Assembly: GCA_963828735.1 (NCBI GenBank) | Contig: CAWHFW010000005.1 | Location: forward strand, 1,504,001-1,568,000 | Source of the DNA: an uncultured Gemmatimonadales bacterium | GTDB taxonomy: Bacteria > Gemmatimonadota > Gemmatimonadetes > Gemmatimonadales > GWC2-71-9 | Length of the DNA stretch: 64,000 nucleotides | Reading direction: 5' to 3' | Shown here: positions 1 to 9,609 of the stretch, one piece after another | How the letters are laid out: each line of letters starts with the position of its first letter | How positions within the stretch are numbered: position 1 is the first letter of the stretch | Made by a program: the position numbers and the translations under genes | Notes under the pieces: model-generated | Told to the model about the DNA's origin: nothing | The model's input: only the letters and a program-made list of their open reading frames with translations | Databases searched by the model: none

Positions 1-617
1 TCGAGCGCGCGCACGTCCACCGGCAGTTGCCCCGCCGCGTGGTAGCCGTCCACGAGCAGGAGAGCACCCTTCGCATGGGCGACATCGGCCAACGCACGCA
101 CATCCTGGATGGCGCCGCTCGTGAAGAAGACGTGACTGGTCGCGACCAGCGCGGTGCGATCGTCCACGGCGCGCGCCACGGCGTCCACCGGTACGCCGAT
201 GCCGTCGGGGCTCTCCACGATCTCGACCTCGACCCCGTCGCCGGCTCGTGCGAGCCACTGGTACGCGACCGTCGGAAAGTCGAGGCTCGTCACGACGACT
301 TTGGGGCGGCGGCGATAGTCGAGCGATTCCGCCACCGATGTGAGTCCGGTGGAGATGTTCGGATGAAGGGCCACCGACCCTTCCGGCGCCCCGATCCACC
401 GGGCATAGCGCGAGCGCAGATCGGCCAGGGCCGCCCACCAGACCTCGTACCAGGCCGCCGCCCCGTGACGCTCCCAAAGGTCGAGGAATTCGGCGACCTT
501 CGCGCGCGACCGGGTCGACAGCGCTCCGAGCGAGCAACTGTTGAGGTAGATGGAGCGGCGGAAGATCGGGAACTCCGCGCGGTAATCCTTGGCGGGCGCA
601 GGCGCGGCCGTTGGCAT
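1..617 (-). CDS. PLP-dependent class V aminotransferase (kynureninase/cysteine desulfurase-like), runs off the window edge
   Basis: Manual translation MPTAAPAPAKDYRAEFPIFRRSIYLNSCSLGAL...SLDFPTV...SHVFFTSG...LVDGYHAAGQLPVDV. Not in the ORF track because it has no stop in the window. Confidence 0.8.
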   Translation of the reverse strand, partial: MPTAAPAPAKDYRAEFPIFRRSIYLNSCSLGALSTRSRAKVAEFLDLWERHGAAAWYEVWWAALADLRSRYARWIGAPEGSVALHPNISTGLTSVAESLDYRRRPKVVVTSLDFPTVAYQWLARAGDGVEVEIVESPDGIGVPVDAVARAVDDRTALVATSHVFFTSGAIQDVRALADVAHAKGALLLVDGYHAAGQLPVDVRAL

Positions 618-701
618 GGTGGACAATATAGAGTCTCCGCGCATGTATGGCTGGCGCGTGGTGCTTCGCGCCGGGTCCGAAATGCCGGCTATAATTCGGC
701 T

Positions 702-962
702 ATGGCTGCGACCTGGACCTCGCTCACGGCCCGGCTCGTCGGACGAGCGCTGCTCGACCCACGTCTCGCGCTGGATCTGCTTCGCACCGCCTGGGCCTTC
801 CGCCGCCGGCACTGGTGGGCCCGGCCACCGTTCCTGCCCCTGCCCGACCGCGAGTACCTGCGGTGGCGCATGTACACCGCCTATGCCGACGAGGCCGCCG
901 TACCGCCGGCGGAGGACGTGGTGCGGTTCGCGCGCTGGCGACGCGAGACAATGGACCTTTGA
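702..962 (+). CDS. small hypothetical protein
   Basis: ATG702 lies 6 nt after TATAAT; MAATWTSL...PPFLPLPDREYLRWRMYTAY; stop overlaps the next start (TGATG). Confidence 0.65.
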   Translation: MAATWTSLTARLVGRALLDPRLALDLLRTAWAFRRRHWWARPPFLPLPDREYLRWRMYTAYADEAAVPPAEDVVRFARWRRETMDL

Positions 963-2296
963 TGGCGACGGCCCCTGCACTTCACGCCGCGTCGAGCACC
1001 GAGAATCCGCCCCACGTCGTGATCCTGGGGGGCGGGTTCGCCGGGCTGTATGCCGCCAAGGCGCTGCGCCGCGCCCCGGTGCGCCTCACCGTCGTCGACC
1101 GCCGGAATCACCATCTGTTCCAGCCCATGCTCTACCAGGTGGCGACGGCGGCCCTCAATCCCGGCGACATCGCCTCGCCCATCCGGTCGATACTGCGCAA
1201 GTCGAAGAACACCGAAGTGCTGCTGGCCGAAGCGGCCGGCATCGACGTCGACGCCCGGCAGGTCCGCTTCACCGACGGCACCGCGCAGAGCTACGACTAC
1301 CTGATCGTGGCCACCGGCGCCCACCACTCGTACTTCGGCCACGACGAGTGGGAGCCCCTCGCGCCCGGGCTCAAGAACCTGGAAGACGCCCTGGAGATCC
1401 GCCGCCGGGTGCTGCTGGCGTTTGAGTGCGCCGAACGGGAGGCCGATACGGTACGGCGGCATGCCTTGCTGACCTTCGTCATCGTCGGCGGCGGGGCGAC
1501 CGGCGTCGAGATGGCCGGCGCGGTGGCCGAGATCCGGCGCTACGCGCTCCGCCGCGACTTCCGGCACATCGACCCCACCGAGGCCACCGTGTTGCTGCTC
1601 GAAGGTGGGCCACGGCTGCTCCCGACCTATCCCTCCAGCCTCAGCGACAAGGCGAAGCAGAAGCTTCGCCGCCTGGGGGTAGAGGTGCGCACGGAAACGT
1701 TCGTGACCGACATCCGTCCGGGCTCGGTCGCGGCCGCGGGCTGGGTGATCCCTACGCAGACCGTCATCTGGGCGGCTGGCAACACGGTGAGCCCGCTGCT
1801 CAGGGATCTTCACGCGCCCCTCGACCGGGCCGGCCGCGTGATCGTCGAGCCGGACTGCACCATCCCGGGTCACCCCGAAGTGTTCATCCTCGGCGACGCG
1901 GCCGCGTTCAATCACCAGAAAGGCGGCACGCTACCTGGCATTTGCCCGGTGGCGATTCAGATGGGCGAATACGCCGCCGGCGTCATCCGTGGTGAAGTTG
2001 CCGGACGGCCACGCCTACCGTTCAAATACTGGGACAAGGGACAGCTCGCCGTGATCGGCCGCGGGCAGGCGGTGGCGGACATCTGGAAGCTCCGCTTCGG
2101 CGGTTTCTTCGCGTGGCTCACCTGGATCTTCGTGCACATCTTCTTCCTGATCGGTTTCCGGAACCGCGTGCTGGTCCTGTTGGAATGGGCGTGGTCCTAT
2201 TTCACGTACAGTCGTGGCGCCCGCCTCATCACGGGCGAGCGAGAGCTGCCTTGCGCGCCGCTCCCTCCAGTCGGCATGTCCGCCTCGTCCTCGTGA
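962..2296 (+). CDS. ndh: type II NADH dehydrogenase-like NAD(P)/FAD oxidoreductase
   Basis: Two Rossmann motifs (GGGFAG, GGGATGVE), HHLFQPMLYQVAT, YWDKGQLAVIGR, C-terminal membrane helices. Confidence 0.85.
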   Translation: MATAPALHAASSTENPPHVVILGGGFAGLYAAKALRRAPVRLTVVDRRNHHLFQPMLYQVATAALNPGDIASPIRSILRKSKNTEVLLAEAAGIDVDARQVRFTDGTAQSYDYLIVATGAHHSYFGHDEWEPLAPGLKNLEDALEIRRRVLLAFECAEREADTVRRHALLTFVIVGGGATGVEMAGAVAEIRRYALRRDFRHIDPTEATVLLLEGGPRLLPTYPSSLSDKAKQKLRRLGVEVRTETFVTDIRPGSVAAAGWVIPTQTVIWAAGNTVSPLLRDLHAPLDRAGRVIVEPDCTIPGHPEVFILGDAAAFNHQKGGTLPGICPVAIQMGEYAAGVIRGEVAGRPRLPFKYWDKGQLAVIGRGQAVADIWKLRFGGFFAWLTWIFVHIFFLIGFRNRVLVLLEWAWSYFTYSRGARLITGERELPCAPLPPVGMSASSS

Positions 2297-3234
2297 CACT
2301 CGCCCAGGAGCTCAAGGCCCGCGCCCTCGAGCTCGGCTTCCTCGCCTGTGGGATCACCGACCCGAGCGCTCCCCCCCACGCTGATCGACTCGACGCCTGG
2401 CTCGCGAACGGCTACGCCGGCACGATGCGGTACCTGCACCGCCAGGCCAAGCGCCGGAAGGACCCACGCATCAACGTTCCCGAATCGCTCGCCGTGGTCG
2501 TCCTCCTCGAGAATTACTACTGGCCGGATGCCGAGCCGGACCTCACCGCGCCACGCGTCGCCAAGTACGCGCGAGGCGAGGACTACCACCGGGTTACCCT
2601 CGGCCGACTCGACCGCCTGGCGGACTGGCTTCGGCACCGCGGCGCGCGGGTGGCCCACCCCTACGTGGACGACGGTCCGATCCCCGAGCGCGAGCTGGCG
2701 CAGCGCGCCGGGCTCGGCTGGATCGGGAAGAACACGATGCTCATCCGGCCGGGTGCGGGCTCGTTCTGTTTCATCGGAACGATCTTTACCGACCTGGCGC
2801 TGCCCGCCGACCCGCCGTTCACGACCGACCACTGCGGCAGCTGCACCCGGTGCCTCGACGCGTGCCCGACGGAGGCGTTCGTCGAGCCGCACGTGCTCGA
2901 CGCGACCCGCTGCATCTCCTACCTTACGATCGAGCAGCGTAGCGCTATTCCCGAGACGCTGGCCGCGCGGATGCGTGGCTTCGCGTTCGGGTGCGACATC
3001 TGCAACGACGTCTGTCCGTGGAACCAGCGGTTCGCCGAGCCCACGACGGTCCTCGAGCTGCGGCCTCGACGAACGCTCGCCGGCATCGATGAGACCCACT
3101 TCGACGGGATGGACGAGGGAGAGTTTCAGCGCAGGTACGGCGATACTCCGTTCGGTCGTCCCGGCCTCGCCGGGATGCGGCGGAACGTGCGCGCCGCCCT
3201 CGCGAGCATGCATCCAGAGGAGAAAGGATCTTGA
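2293..3234 (+). CDS. queG: epoxyqueuosine reductase
   Basis: YARGEDYH, GLGWIGKNTMLI, CGSCTRCLDACPT, RCISYLTIE, GCDICNDVCPWN; GTG overlaps the ndh stop. Confidence 0.92.
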   Translation: MTLAQELKARALELGFLACGITDPSAPPHADRLDAWLANGYAGTMRYLHRQAKRRKDPRINVPESLAVVVLLENYYWPDAEPDLTAPRVAKYARGEDYHRVTLGRLDRLADWLRHRGARVAHPYVDDGPIPERELAQRAGLGWIGKNTMLIRPGAGSFCFIGTIFTDLALPADPPFTTDHCGSCTRCLDACPTEAFVEPHVLDATRCISYLTIEQRSAIPETLAARMRGFAFGCDICNDVCPWNQRFAEPTTVLELRPRRTLAGIDETHFDGMDEGEFQRRYGDTPFGRPGLAGMRRNVRAALASMHPEEKGS

Positions 3235-3701
3235 CCACCGAGATGACGCACTTCCGTCGGCTGCTCGAGCACGACGGATGGGCCAACGTCGCCGCGCTCG
3301 TGGCGCTCCGCGAGGGCCCTGCTCCGCCCAAGGCGCGAGCGTGGCTGGCGCACATCATCGGCGCCGAATGGCTGTGGCTCGCCCGACTCCGTCAGGAGCC
3401 GTCCGGGATGCCCGTCTGGCCGGACCTCGATCTCGACGCGTGCGCGGCACAGCTCCCGGACTTGCAGGCGGAGTGGATGCGGTGCCTCGCGACGCTCGAC
3501 GAGGAGGGCTTGGACGACGGTGTGGCCTACCGGAACAGCAAGGGAGAGTTCTGGACCAGCTCCGTCACCGATATCCTCACGCACGTGGTCTTGCACGCGG
3601 CCTATCATCGGGGGCAGATCGCCGCGGCCATCCGCGAAGCGGGCGGGACGCCGGCATATACCGACTACATCCACGCCGTCCGGTCAGGGCTCATCGAATG
3701 A
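3231..3701 (+). CDS. DinB/YfiT family protein
   Basis: HIIGAEWLW and HVVLHAAYHRGQIA metal-binding His pattern. Confidence 0.85.
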   Translation: MTTEMTHFRRLLEHDGWANVAALVALREGPAPPKARAWLAHIIGAEWLWLARLRQEPSGMPVWPDLDLDACAAQLPDLQAEWMRCLATLDEEGLDDGVAYRNSKGEFWTSSVTDILTHVVLHAAYHRGQIAAAIREAGGTPAYTDYIHAVRSGLIE

Positions 3702-3922
3702 CCGACTGGGGCTCGCCGGGACCGTTGCTGATCACGCTTGGCGTGGCCCTCGTGGTGGCGGGGCTTCTCGCGTGGTCCGGCGCACTCGCCTGGTTCGGCC
3801 GACTGCCCGGTGATATCCGCATCGAGCGCGAATCCGTGCACGTCTACATTCCCCTGGTTTCGATGCTCGTCCTGTCGGTCGCGCTCAGCCTCCTGCTTTA
3901 CCTGATCCGCCGGATCCGGTAG
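3698..3922 (+). CDS. DUF2905 family small membrane protein
   Basis: WFGRLPGDIRIER...YIPLVSMLVLS signature between two TM helices. Confidence 0.85.
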   Translation: MTDWGSPGPLLITLGVALVVAGLLAWSGALAWFGRLPGDIRIERESVHVYIPLVSMLVLSVALSLLLYLIRRIR

Positions 3923-4054
3923 TCCGTTTCGCTCTGCACCGACCCGTGCAGGCCCGGACGTGGTCGCCGTCTCCTGTGCGCACGGCGGACCTGAAGGGCC
4001 GCATGGGTACGACGTGCACGCACCATTTGCTCGAGAAGGTTGGCGGGAGTGGGA

Positions 4055-4177
4055 GCCCGCCACCGGCCGCGCGGCTCGGCGGTCGGGGGCCTCCGGTGCG
4101 GTGCGCGGCCCGCAGCGTACCGGGGGCTCGTCTTCATCCGCAGCGCCGATCGCGGCCGGCCGCCCTGCGTGGCGGGC
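4055..4177 (+). other. long intergenic imperfect hairpin (candidate structured RNA)
   Basis: Nested complementarity: GCCCGCCAC (4055-4063) with GTGGCGGGC (4169-4177), plus an inner 14-bp stem with G-U pairs. Confidence 0.4.
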
Positions 4178-4197
4178 GGCAGTGTAGTTTGCAGGGC

Positions 4198-4704
4198 ATG
4201 GACTCTTCCGCTCCGGCGGCCTCTCTCGTCCCCGAAGTTGCCACGCTCGATCCGCGCCGCATGGCGCGGTTGCGGCGAGTGGGTTGGCTGCTGGACAACT
4301 CCATCCCGATTCCCGGGACCCGGTACACCCTCGGCATCGATCAGCTCATCGGGCTCGTGCCGGGCATCGGCGACCTGATCGGCGGCGTCCTTTCCCTCTA
4401 CATCATCCTCGAAGCCGCGCGAATGGGCGTGCCCCGAGGCCTGCTCGCCCGCATGGGGTGGAACGTCGCCGTGGACACCCTGGTCGGCGAGGTGCCGATC
4501 CTGGGCGACCTGTTCGACATCGGCTTCAAGGCCAACATCCGCAACCTCGCGCTGCTCGACGGCTTCCTGCAGCGTCCGGTCGAGGTGCGCCGCGCGAGCC
4601 GACGCTTCGCCACCGTGATCGTCGTGGGCCTTCTCCTCCTTACGGCGGGAGCCATCGCCTTCGCCGTGGTGCTCGTCCGACTCCTCTCGGGACTCTTCCA
4701 GTGA
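4198..4704 (+). CDS. DUF4112 domain membrane protein
   Basis: LLDNSIPIPGT...GIDQLIGLVPGIGD...GDLFDIGFKANIRN. Confidence 0.88.
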   Translation: MDSSAPAASLVPEVATLDPRRMARLRRVGWLLDNSIPIPGTRYTLGIDQLIGLVPGIGDLIGGVLSLYIILEAARMGVPRGLLARMGWNVAVDTLVGEVPILGDLFDIGFKANIRNLALLDGFLQRPVEVRRASRRFATVIVVGLLLLTAGAIAFAVVLVRLLSGLFQ

Positions 4705-5132
4705 CTTCCTCGCCGCCGAGCCCGTCCGTTTACAGCGTCGCCATCTTCGTGCACGACATCGGGCGGGCCGTCGAATTCTATGGCGACCGACTGGGCCTGC
4801 CCCTCGGCAAGCAGGGCTCGTTCGGCGCGGAGTTTTTCACAGAGGGAACCCGCATCGGCGTCCATCCCGCGGTCCATCAGGACGCGCGCTCCCTGGTTGG
4901 ACGCCATACGGGAATCACGCTCTTCGTGCCGGACCTGCTGCACTATTGCGGCGAGCTGCATGCGCGCGGCGTCCGCTTCGTCGCGGAGCCGACGCAGCAG
5001 TCGTGGGGGATCATGGCCATGGTGGCGGATCCCGACGGCAACGTCCTCGCCCTCTGGGAGGACCAGCTCCCCCAGACCGCCGAGCATACGCACGCTCACG
5101 TGCACGTGGATCAGGCGGACGGCGCGTCCTGA
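4701..5132 (+). CDS. VOC/glyoxalase family protein
   Basis: VAIFVHDIGRAVEFY...WGIMAMVADPDGNVLAL; GTG overlaps the upstream stop. Confidence 0.85.
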   Translation: MTSSPPSPSVYSVAIFVHDIGRAVEFYGDRLGLPLGKQGSFGAEFFTEGTRIGVHPAVHQDARSLVGRHTGITLFVPDLLHYCGELHARGVRFVAEPTQQSWGIMAMVADPDGNVLALWEDQLPQTAEHTHAHVHVDQADGAS

Positions 5133-5141
5133 GCGGGTGAT

Positions 5142-5597
5142 TCAGGCGAGGGCGGTCGGTCGATAGGGCGACACCGCGAGCGCCGCGGTATTGCCCCGGA
5201 AGCAGTCTTCGACGATCTGACCCTGCTGCTCCATGCCGTACGCCTCGAACGGCTTTCCCTCCTCCAGGCAATACGCATACGGGCTGTGGCCGACGCCGAA
5301 GCCGCGGTACAAGAGCTCACGCGCCTGCGCGCTCGCGCCCCGCCCGAAGTACCGCCACGCCCCCCACCGCTGATACTGGCCGCAGTGCGTGAGCTCGTGC
5401 GCCAGGGTAGCAAGATCGGTCGCGCGAAGGTCCGGCAGGAACACGTGATTGCCCAGCGCCACGGCCCGTCCGCCGCTCGCCAGAAGCACCATGCGTCGGA
5501 GGAAGCCGGGACCGCGATGGAGTCGCACCCGGTCGCAGTCGACCCACGCGATGAGGGTGCCGAGCCGTTCGCGCTCCTCCGCGGTCAGGCGATTCAC
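5142..5597 (-). CDS. DUF4157-like zincin (HExxH) protein
   Basis: AVALGNHVFLP...LAHELTHCGQYQ...YGMEQQG; GTG5597 overlaps the AI-2E stop. Confidence 0.7.
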   Translation of the reverse strand: MNRLTAEERERLGTLIAWVDCDRVRLHRGPGFLRRMVLLASGGRAVALGNHVFLPDLRATDLATLAHELTHCGQYQRWGAWRYFGRGASAQARELLYRGFGVGHSPYAYCLEEGKPFEAYGMEQQGQIVEDCFRGNTAALAVSPYRPTALA

Positions 5598-6769
5598 GTC
5601 CCGAGGAACTCCCCGATCGGCGCCAGCGATTCGATGTGGTCGCAGAAGATCTTGAAGGTGGCGAGCAACGGCACCGCGATGAATGCGCCCCCGACTCCCC
5701 AGAGCCACCACCAGAACACCAGGCCGACCAGGATGGCCACCGGGTTGAGCGTGAGCCGGCGTCCCATGACCATCGGCGTGACCAACTGGGATTGGATGAG
5801 ATTGACGGCGAGATAGGCCGCCGGCACGATCAGCGCGTGTCCCAGGGTCGGAAACGTCACGAGGCCCGCCATGGTCAGCGTGAACAGCATGACCGTCGCG
5901 CCGATGTAGGGCACGAATTCCGCCAGCCCCGCCAGCGCTCCCCAGAGCAGCGCGTTGGGCATCCCGATCATCAGCATCACCACGGTCACCGCGAGCCCCA
6001 GCGCCACGTTCATGAGCGCGACCGTGAAAAGATACGTCGAGATCGACGCCTCGGTCTCCCGGGCAATCGCGACGGCCGTCTTCTTGTCCCGAAGCTGTGG
6101 CAGCACCCTGATGAGCTTTTGAAGGAACAGGTCGCCCGCCGCCAGCAGGAAATACAGCAGGATGAGCGTCTCGAGCGCGCCGGTGAGGAACGTTTGCGTC
6201 GAGCCGAACAGGCGCTCGCTGAGTCGCGGGCCGCGCACCACCACCTCCTGCGGCCCCGCCTTCGCCACCTCCGTCGCCGCTTCCACCTGCTCGGCGGTCT
6301 TGGTCATCTGCTCGACCGGCTTGCGCAGGTCGCGCAGGCGGCCCTGGACCTTGGCCAGGCTCTGGGGCGCCTTCGCCATCCACGCGCGCGCCGGATCCGC
6401 GAGACTGTAGGCGCCGAACCCGAGCGCGCCGAGCAGGGCGATCAGGACCAGCGCGGCGCCGACGGGCTCGGGAATGCGGGCACGCTTGAGCACGCGGATC
6501 ACAGGGCTGAGCAGAAAATCGAGCAGCACGGCCAGCACGATGGGCAGGAGAAACGCCCTGGCGAAGTACAGCGTGTACAGCACGGCGAGCACGAAGAGGC
6601 CGGTAACGGCGATCGAGCGAATCTCGACGCGATCGCGCAGCGCCTGCCCCAGCTTTCCGAGATCGGGCTCCTCGACGGCTCCCCCATCGTCGGCCGGTGC
6701 CGCCGAGTCCGGCACATCCGGTCGAAAGGCCTGCCCGCGCGCCGAGTCCTCGGTGGATCGAGTGGCCAT
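5594..6769 (-). CDS. AI-2E family transporter
   Basis: Multi-TM protein with FVPYIG, LNPVAILVGLVFWWWLWGVGGAFIAVP. Confidence 0.88.
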   Translation of the reverse strand: MATRSTEDSARGQAFRPDVPDSAAPADDGGAVEEPDLGKLGQALRDRVEIRSIAVTGLFVLAVLYTLYFARAFLLPIVLAVLLDFLLSPVIRVLKRARIPEPVGAALVLIALLGALGFGAYSLADPARAWMAKAPQSLAKVQGRLRDLRKPVEQMTKTAEQVEAATEVAKAGPQEVVVRGPRLSERLFGSTQTFLTGALETLILLYFLLAAGDLFLQKLIRVLPQLRDKKTAVAIARETEASISTYLFTVALMNVALGLAVTVVMLMIGMPNALLWGALAGLAEFVPYIGATVMLFTLTMAGLVTFPTLGHALIVPAAYLAVNLIQSQLVTPMVMGRRLTLNPVAILVGLVFWWWLWGVGGAFIAVPLLATFKIFCDHIESLAPIGEFLGT

Positions 6770-6891
6770 GGTATCACGCTGTGTGAGGGGACTGCCCTTG
6801 TCTGCCCGTCCTGGCAGGCACTAAGGTTACGCGGCGGCCTGCCCCGGGGCTGTGCGCCAGCACACCGGCGGTCGGGCAGCCCGGGAGGCGT

Positions 6892-7653
6892 ATGTCGCGC
6901 GCGTGGCAGTCGATCCTATCCATCTGGGCGTGGCTGGTGCTCGTCCTCTGCATTCTGATCTGGTTTCCGATTATGGCGGTGCTGCGATTGGTGACGGCGC
7001 CGTTCGATCGCGGCCGATATCTGGTGGGCTACCTCTTCCGCCAGATCCCCGTCGTGCACGCGGCGCTTAACCCGCTGTGGCGGTTTCGCCGGGAAGGCAC
7101 CATGCCGGCCGATCCCCGCCGGCCGTACGTCGTGGTGTCCAACCACGAGTCGTTCGTGGACATCCTCCTCATCAGCCATCTCCCGTGGGAAATGAAGTGG
7201 CTGACGAAGGCCGAGTTGTTCCGCATTCCGGTGCTCGGCTGGATGCAGCGCCTCGCGGGAGACATTCCCGTCCAGCGCGGCTTCGGCCCGAGCGCCATCG
7301 AGGCCATCGCGAGGTGCCGTGAGGCGCTGGCGAACCGGGTGTCGGTGATGATCTTCCCCGAGGGCACGCGGTCCACGACGACTGACCTGCTGCCGTTCAA
7401 GGATGGCGCGTTCCGGCTGGCCATCGACGCCGCCGTGCCGATCCTGCCGCTGGCCGTGCACGGCACCGGCACCGCGCTCCGCAAGCATGACTGGCGGTTC
7501 GGCCGCTCGACCGCCGTCGTCCGCGTGCTCGCGCCGATCGAGACCACGGGCCTCACACCCGCCGACGTCCAGGCGCTGAAGGATAGGGTCCGCCGCGTCA
7601 TCGCCGGCGCCCGTGACGAGCTCGCCGCGGCCATGGACCCGGTGCAGTCGTAG
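6892..7653 (+). CDS. plsC: lysophospholipid acyltransferase (PlsC family)
   Basis: NHESFVD (NHxxxxD) and FPEGTRS motifs; GGAGG RBS. Confidence 0.85.
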   Translation: MSRAWQSILSIWAWLVLVLCILIWFPIMAVLRLVTAPFDRGRYLVGYLFRQIPVVHAALNPLWRFRREGTMPADPRRPYVVVSNHESFVDILLISHLPWEMKWLTKAELFRIPVLGWMQRLAGDIPVQRGFGPSAIEAIARCREALANRVSVMIFPEGTRSTTTDLLPFKDGAFRLAIDAAVPILPLAVHGTGTALRKHDWRFGRSTAVVRVLAPIETTGLTPADVQALKDRVRRVIAGARDELAAAMDPVQS

Positions 7654-7678
7654 ACCCACCTGCTGCTCTCGCCAGTCC

Positions 7679-8593
7679 TTACTGCTTTCCCAGATCCGCC
7701 GGCGCGCGCACCCGCCCGACCATCCCGCCCAGGACCAGCAGTGTGAGCACGTAGGGAAACATGAGGAAGAGCTGGTAGGGCACCGCCAGGCCCAGCGACT
7801 GGAAGACGTACTGCAGCGCCGTCGCCGCGCCGAAGAGGAGCGCAGCCGCGGCCACGCCGAGCGGATGCCAGCGGCCGAGGACGACGATCGCGATCGCGAC
7901 GTATCCTCGGCCGGCCGTCATCTTCTCGGCGAACGTGCCGACCTGGGCGAGGACCAAGGTTGCTCCCGCCAGGCCCGCGAATGCGCCGCCTACGAGCGTG
8001 GCCGCCGTGCGGACCGCGTTCGTGCGCACGCCGGCCGCGCGCGCCATTGCGGCGCCCTCGCCGGTGGCGCGGACCATCAGACCGGCGCGTGTCCGGTACA
8101 GTAGCCACCAGACCGCAGGCAACGCGAGCAGGGCGATGTAGGTCGGCGCCGGTTGATCGAAGAGTGCCGGTCCAAGGACCGGAATGCCGGAGAGGCCGGG
8201 AATGGCGATCGGCGCGAGCGTCGGCAGTGTCAGGCCCGCGCCGCCGGTGCCGTACGCTTCCCGATAGACCGTCCCGGTAAGCCCCACGGCCGCGAGGGTG
8301 ATGGCGGTTCCCGCGATGATCTGGTCCGCGCGAGCCACGACGGCCACCGCGGCGAACAGCCCCGCCAGGCAGACGCCGGCCAGGACAGCCATGAGCAGCC
8401 CGGTCCATGGGCCGCCGGCAGTCGCCCCCAGGGTCGCGGCCAGGGCACCTGCGAGCATCATGCCCTCGAGGCCGAGATTGATGACCCCCGACCGCTCGGT
8501 CACTGTCTCGCCAGTGGCCGCGAGGAGCAGCGGCGTCGTCACGCGCACCGCGGCGGCGAGAAAACCCGCGACCAGGGGAATCGGCTCCGTCAT
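7679..8593 (-). CDS. ABC transporter permease (CUT2/nucleoside type)
   Basis: ERSGVINLGLEGMML, GRGYVAIAIVVLGRW. Confidence 0.88.
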   Translation of the reverse strand: MTEPIPLVAGFLAAAVRVTTPLLLAATGETVTERSGVINLGLEGMMLAGALAATLGATAGGPWTGLLMAVLAGVCLAGLFAAVAVVARADQIIAGTAITLAAVGLTGTVYREAYGTGGAGLTLPTLAPIAIPGLSGIPVLGPALFDQPAPTYIALLALPAVWWLLYRTRAGLMVRATGEGAAMARAAGVRTNAVRTAATLVGGAFAGLAGATLVLAQVGTFAEKMTAGRGYVAIAIVVLGRWHPLGVAAAALLFGAATALQYVFQSLGLAVPYQLFLMFPYVLTLLVLGGMVGRVRAPADLGKQ

Positions 8594-9609
8594 GCCACTG
8601 CTCGAGCCGTCTGCCGCCGTGCCGCCGCGTCCGCCAGCAGCACCACCAGAATGACGATCGCTTCGACAACGTACACTGCAACGGCAGGAACCCCTGCGTC
8701 GCGTTGCATGGCTCCGGCCCCCGCCTCGAGCGCGCCGAAGAGCAGCCCCGTGGCCACCACGCCCATCGGGTGCAGTCGGGCCAGGAGAGCGACCGCGATG
8801 CCCGTGAAGCCGTATCCCGGAGAGAGATTCTGGAACAACGCGTAGGAGACGCCGCTCACTTCCACACCACCCGCCAGCCCCGCGAGTGCCCCCGAGCCGA
8901 TCAGCGCTACGGCGGCCATACGCCGTGCATCGATTCGGCCGCTGATCTCCGCCGCGCGCGGTCCGGCCCCGACGGCCCGCAACCGGAAGCCCCAGAGCGT
9001 GCGAGCGAAGACATACGAGAGCGCTGCCGCCGCGATGAGCGCGAGCAGCAGCCCCGCGTGGAGGCGTGTCCCCGGTAGGACTGGCAGCCGCGCCGCGGCG
9101 GCGATCGGATCGCTCTGAGGGTAAATGTGCTGCGACTCCTGGAGCGGCCCCTGGACCATCAGGCTCACCAGCGATTCGGCCACGAAGTTGAGCAGCAGCG
9201 TGCTGATCACCTCCAGCACGCCGTAGCGAAACTGGAGCCAGACCGGCACGAGCACCCACGCGCCTCCCGCGAGAAGCGAAGCCGCGAGAACCGCAGGCAG
9301 CGCGATCGCGGCCGGTCGTCCGGCGACGTGCAGCCCCACCCACGTCGCCGCGATAGCCCCGGCATAGAACTGCCCCTCGGCGCCGATGTTGAGCGCGCCG
9401 CCCCGGAAGGCGAGCGCAATACCCAGGCCGATGATGATGAGGGGAATTGCTCGGACGAGCGTCGCGGACGTGAGGGCATACCAGGATCCGAAGGCGCCGC
9501 GCCAGAGCGCTGCGAGCGCCGCGCCGGCATCATAGCCGGCGACCTGGAGGCCGGCGGCGAGGAGCAGCAGGCCGAGCAGCACGGCGATCAGCGACGCCTT
9601 AGCGGCCAC
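8590..9609 (-). CDS. ABC transporter permease (CUT2/nucleoside type)
   Basis: NIGAEGQFYAG, EVISTLLLNF, GYGFTGIAVALL. Confidence 0.88.
   Translation of the reverse strand: MAAKASLIAVLLGLLLLAAGLQVAGYDAGAALAALWRGAFGSWYALTSATLVRAIPLIIIGLGIALAFRGGALNIGAEGQFYAGAIAATWVGLHVAGRPAAIALPAVLAASLLAGGAWVLVPVWLQFRYGVLEVISTLLLNFVAESLVSLMVQGPLQESQHIYPQSDPIAAAARLPVLPGTRLHAGLLLALIAAAALSYVFARTLWGFRLRAVGAGPRAAEISGRIDARRMAAVALIGSGALAGLAGGVEVSGVSYALFQNLSPGYGFTGIAVALLARLHPMGVVATGLLFGALEAGAGAMQRDAGVPAVAVYVVEAIVILVVLLADAAARRQTARAVA

Noticed and set aside
27..701. 5' part of the 311-aa plus-strand ORF
   Set aside because: Antisense to the class V aminotransferase; the real gene starts at 702.
3898..4137. Small Arg-rich minus-strand ORFs in the hairpin spacer
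   Set aside because: No RBS or family motif, overlap with the DUF2905 gene, and low-complexity translation.
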